Part shown: positions 61,704 to 64,000 of the stretch, piece by piece
Layout: each line of letters opens with the position of its first letter
Numbering within the stretch: position 1 is the stretch's first letter
NCBI GenBank assembly: GCA_965235115.1
Contig: OZ249436.1
Location: 45,014,001 to 45,078,000 of the forward strand
Source: Laetmonice hystrix
Taxonomy: Eukaryota
DNA length: 64,000 nt
Reading direction: 5' to 3'
Program-made: the position numbers and the translations under genes
Notes under the pieces: generated by a model
Database searches by the model: none
Seen by the model: the letters and a program-made list of their open reading frames with translations, nothing else
Told to the model about the DNA's origin: nothing

Positions 61704-64000
61704 CTAAAACAGAACGGAGGTTACCTGGAGTATTATGCTAATCCATGTTCTATACCGAAATATAACAGGCATCAAACAAAAGAAAACAAAACCAAGACCG
61801 TACACAGCCCAGTCCAAGGTGCAGGGCGAGAAGGTTTGTCATGAAGAACATATCTCAATCAATTTAAAAGGGAACCTGCTTGTCAAAAAGTGCAATTTCC
61901 CCACAATTAGCCCCCTCCCTGACTCCAGTAGGGTCGACCCTGGTGGGTGGGGCAAATACTATGAATTTTGGCTTACACATATAGTTCACCGATCAAGACA
62001 AGGACATGTGTACAATCATGCCTATAGGACTTGCATGCAGCAAGTCGGAATCCGTCACATTGTAACTTCTGTTCTATAACCCGCCCACATAGGGGCCTAC
62101 TATTTCCGGCTACAAGGGCTGGGGCCGAATGGATGGCGATTATAAGGTGGTATCCGCTGTGGTTGGGAGATTAGGCCTATAGGCCAGCCAGTCGATAACT
62201 CTGGATACATACGGTACGCTCCATCCGGGTCCCTCGCGGCTAAAACAAACCACGCTTCAACATTCAGTCATTGACAGGAGCTTCCCCCAGGAGGAGATGT
62301 AGCCAGGACAACACGAACGCTGTGATCGAAAACCTCCTCCAGCCTCCTCCATGGAGAATTCCAGTTCACGGTTTCCGCGAAGCAGTGAGCGCTGAACGTG
62401 CTGGAGGCCCAAGCCTTGTTCAGGTGGCGCTGGGGTTAAAATAGATCGAGTGGAGTGTGTGTGTGTGGGGGGGGGGGGGGGGGGTGAGGCCGGCGTCTTC
62501 CCTCCCACTCGTAACCCATCCATACAGCCGACCATCCCCTGCTTCCGACGGAGAGAAAAAAAACCCGGTGCAGGTAGAGGCCCGCCCTATGTCTGTGAAC
62601 TCAGCGCCTGACCGGTTAGTCGACGCAGGGGATCGGCATCCAGAAACATATATAGCAATATCGCAATATTTCCAGACTTCGAACAACTCAGTGATATAGA
62701 AAATATCTTAGTACACTTTTAGGTCCTGATATAACCAAGATAAGAGGGGATCTATGAACAGAAAAAAAATTCCCCCTCTTAGGCCTATTCCTACAGGTGC
62801 ATTATGTAGACCTATTTTCTATCAAATTAATTAATGTATAGGCCTATTTGGTTGTATACCTCACCAGAAAATTGTATGTTTGTTTATATAGGCCTATATA
62901 GGCCTAATGTATAAAAGGACACCAGGCTTAAAGGTTTACTATACGTTGTGTTAACACAGTATTAACACAGTGTTTAGGCCAGAGGTCAGAAAAGTAAATG
63001 ATCTGTTAACAGATAGTGTTAACACGCAACATACACTGAAATCCTCGGTTGAGAGTTTAATGCAGTCATGAGAAGTAGGCCTTTCAGTAGGGCGTCTACT
63101 GCTATAGGTTATCGCCAGGCGTCGCGCTCGTCTGCCCAGGTACGACAGCGACATCTATTGAGAGGAAGCGACGCTAAAACAATGTAAGCCCAGTGGGGCA
63201 CAGTCGAATGCACATTACTTTTCACCACCCCCGCCCCCACCGGGACCCCAAACACACCATAAATTTCACAGTTGAATAGGGCCTACCTGCATGGTTGCAC
63301 AGACATCCAATAACAGGGCAGATCTAGACCAAGGTCCTTTATCTGAGCCGTTTGTCATGTTAATAACCATATTATTGGCTATTATTAACAGGAAATCCAC
63401 GATAGGCCTAGGCCTGTTTGCCCTTTTAGTTTTAAAGCGGGATAGATGCACGCATTTTGAGAATCACAAACTGGTTCTGTCCAACCCAAACGATAGTATC
63501 ATTTGAACTTATTTAACAAGGAACTAGCCTGATACTCGGCGAATGCATAATAACGGAGACTTTTGAGTGGCAACTTAATTGGGACTCTTTTGCCTCGCGA
63601 ATTACGGCGGCTCGCCGAAAGTCGACCTGTTTACAATCCGACCGTGACGTCATCGCTTGGGTTCCCTAACAGGGGTACGTTTTTCATCATGTCGTTAGCT
63701 TGTCCTATCGTTAACTCCAATATAGGCCTATTTTCAATGGGGATTTTTACGCACGACGGGATAACGATAGATGAGAAACGTGACCCATGCTTGTAATGTA
63801 AACAGACATTCGTCCACATTTAATTTAGGCCTATAGGGGGTCTACTTGCTGCAACGGTTGAACATGCATGCCTAGAGCTTCTTCTCCAGAATATATATAC
63901 GAACCACATGGGCCTAGGCCTATAGCTTCCATTAGACAAATAGGCACACGTGCCTGTAGGTATATCTATTTCCCCACAGAAATAAAAAAAAAATGCAATA

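Overview
Eukaryotic (animal, most likely invertebrate) genomic DNA, not prokaryotic. There are two protein-coding genes near the right end, arranged tail-to-tail. (1) The terminal coding exon of a chondroitin sulfate synthase (CHSY1-like) on + at 51845-53512, preceded by a splice acceptor. No upstream CHSY exon is recognisable, so bases 1-51844 appear to be one intron of >51.8 kb. (2) A BTB-BACK-Kelch (KLHL-family) gene on - at 59640-61703, whose large exon has a frameshift in the BACK domain with intact coding sequence on both sides. The inferred intron holds about 30 mostly unrelated mini/microsatellite arrays (roughly 18 kb by my tally). The window also has a full-length tRNA-derived SINE with a target-site duplication, several small non-autonomous DNA transposons with different end/TSD signatures, a 58-bp perfect palindrome and several CTCF-like motifs. 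The last 4.4 kb are strongly enriched for the 8-mer palindrome TAGGCCTA. Almost all long ORFs in the track are translations of tandem repeats. I found no clear new multi-gene system. The best leads are the Kelch frameshift, the satellite-filled intron, the TAGGCCTA cluster and a 79-nt hairpin between the two genes. Array boundaries and copy numbers were read by eye and are approximate.
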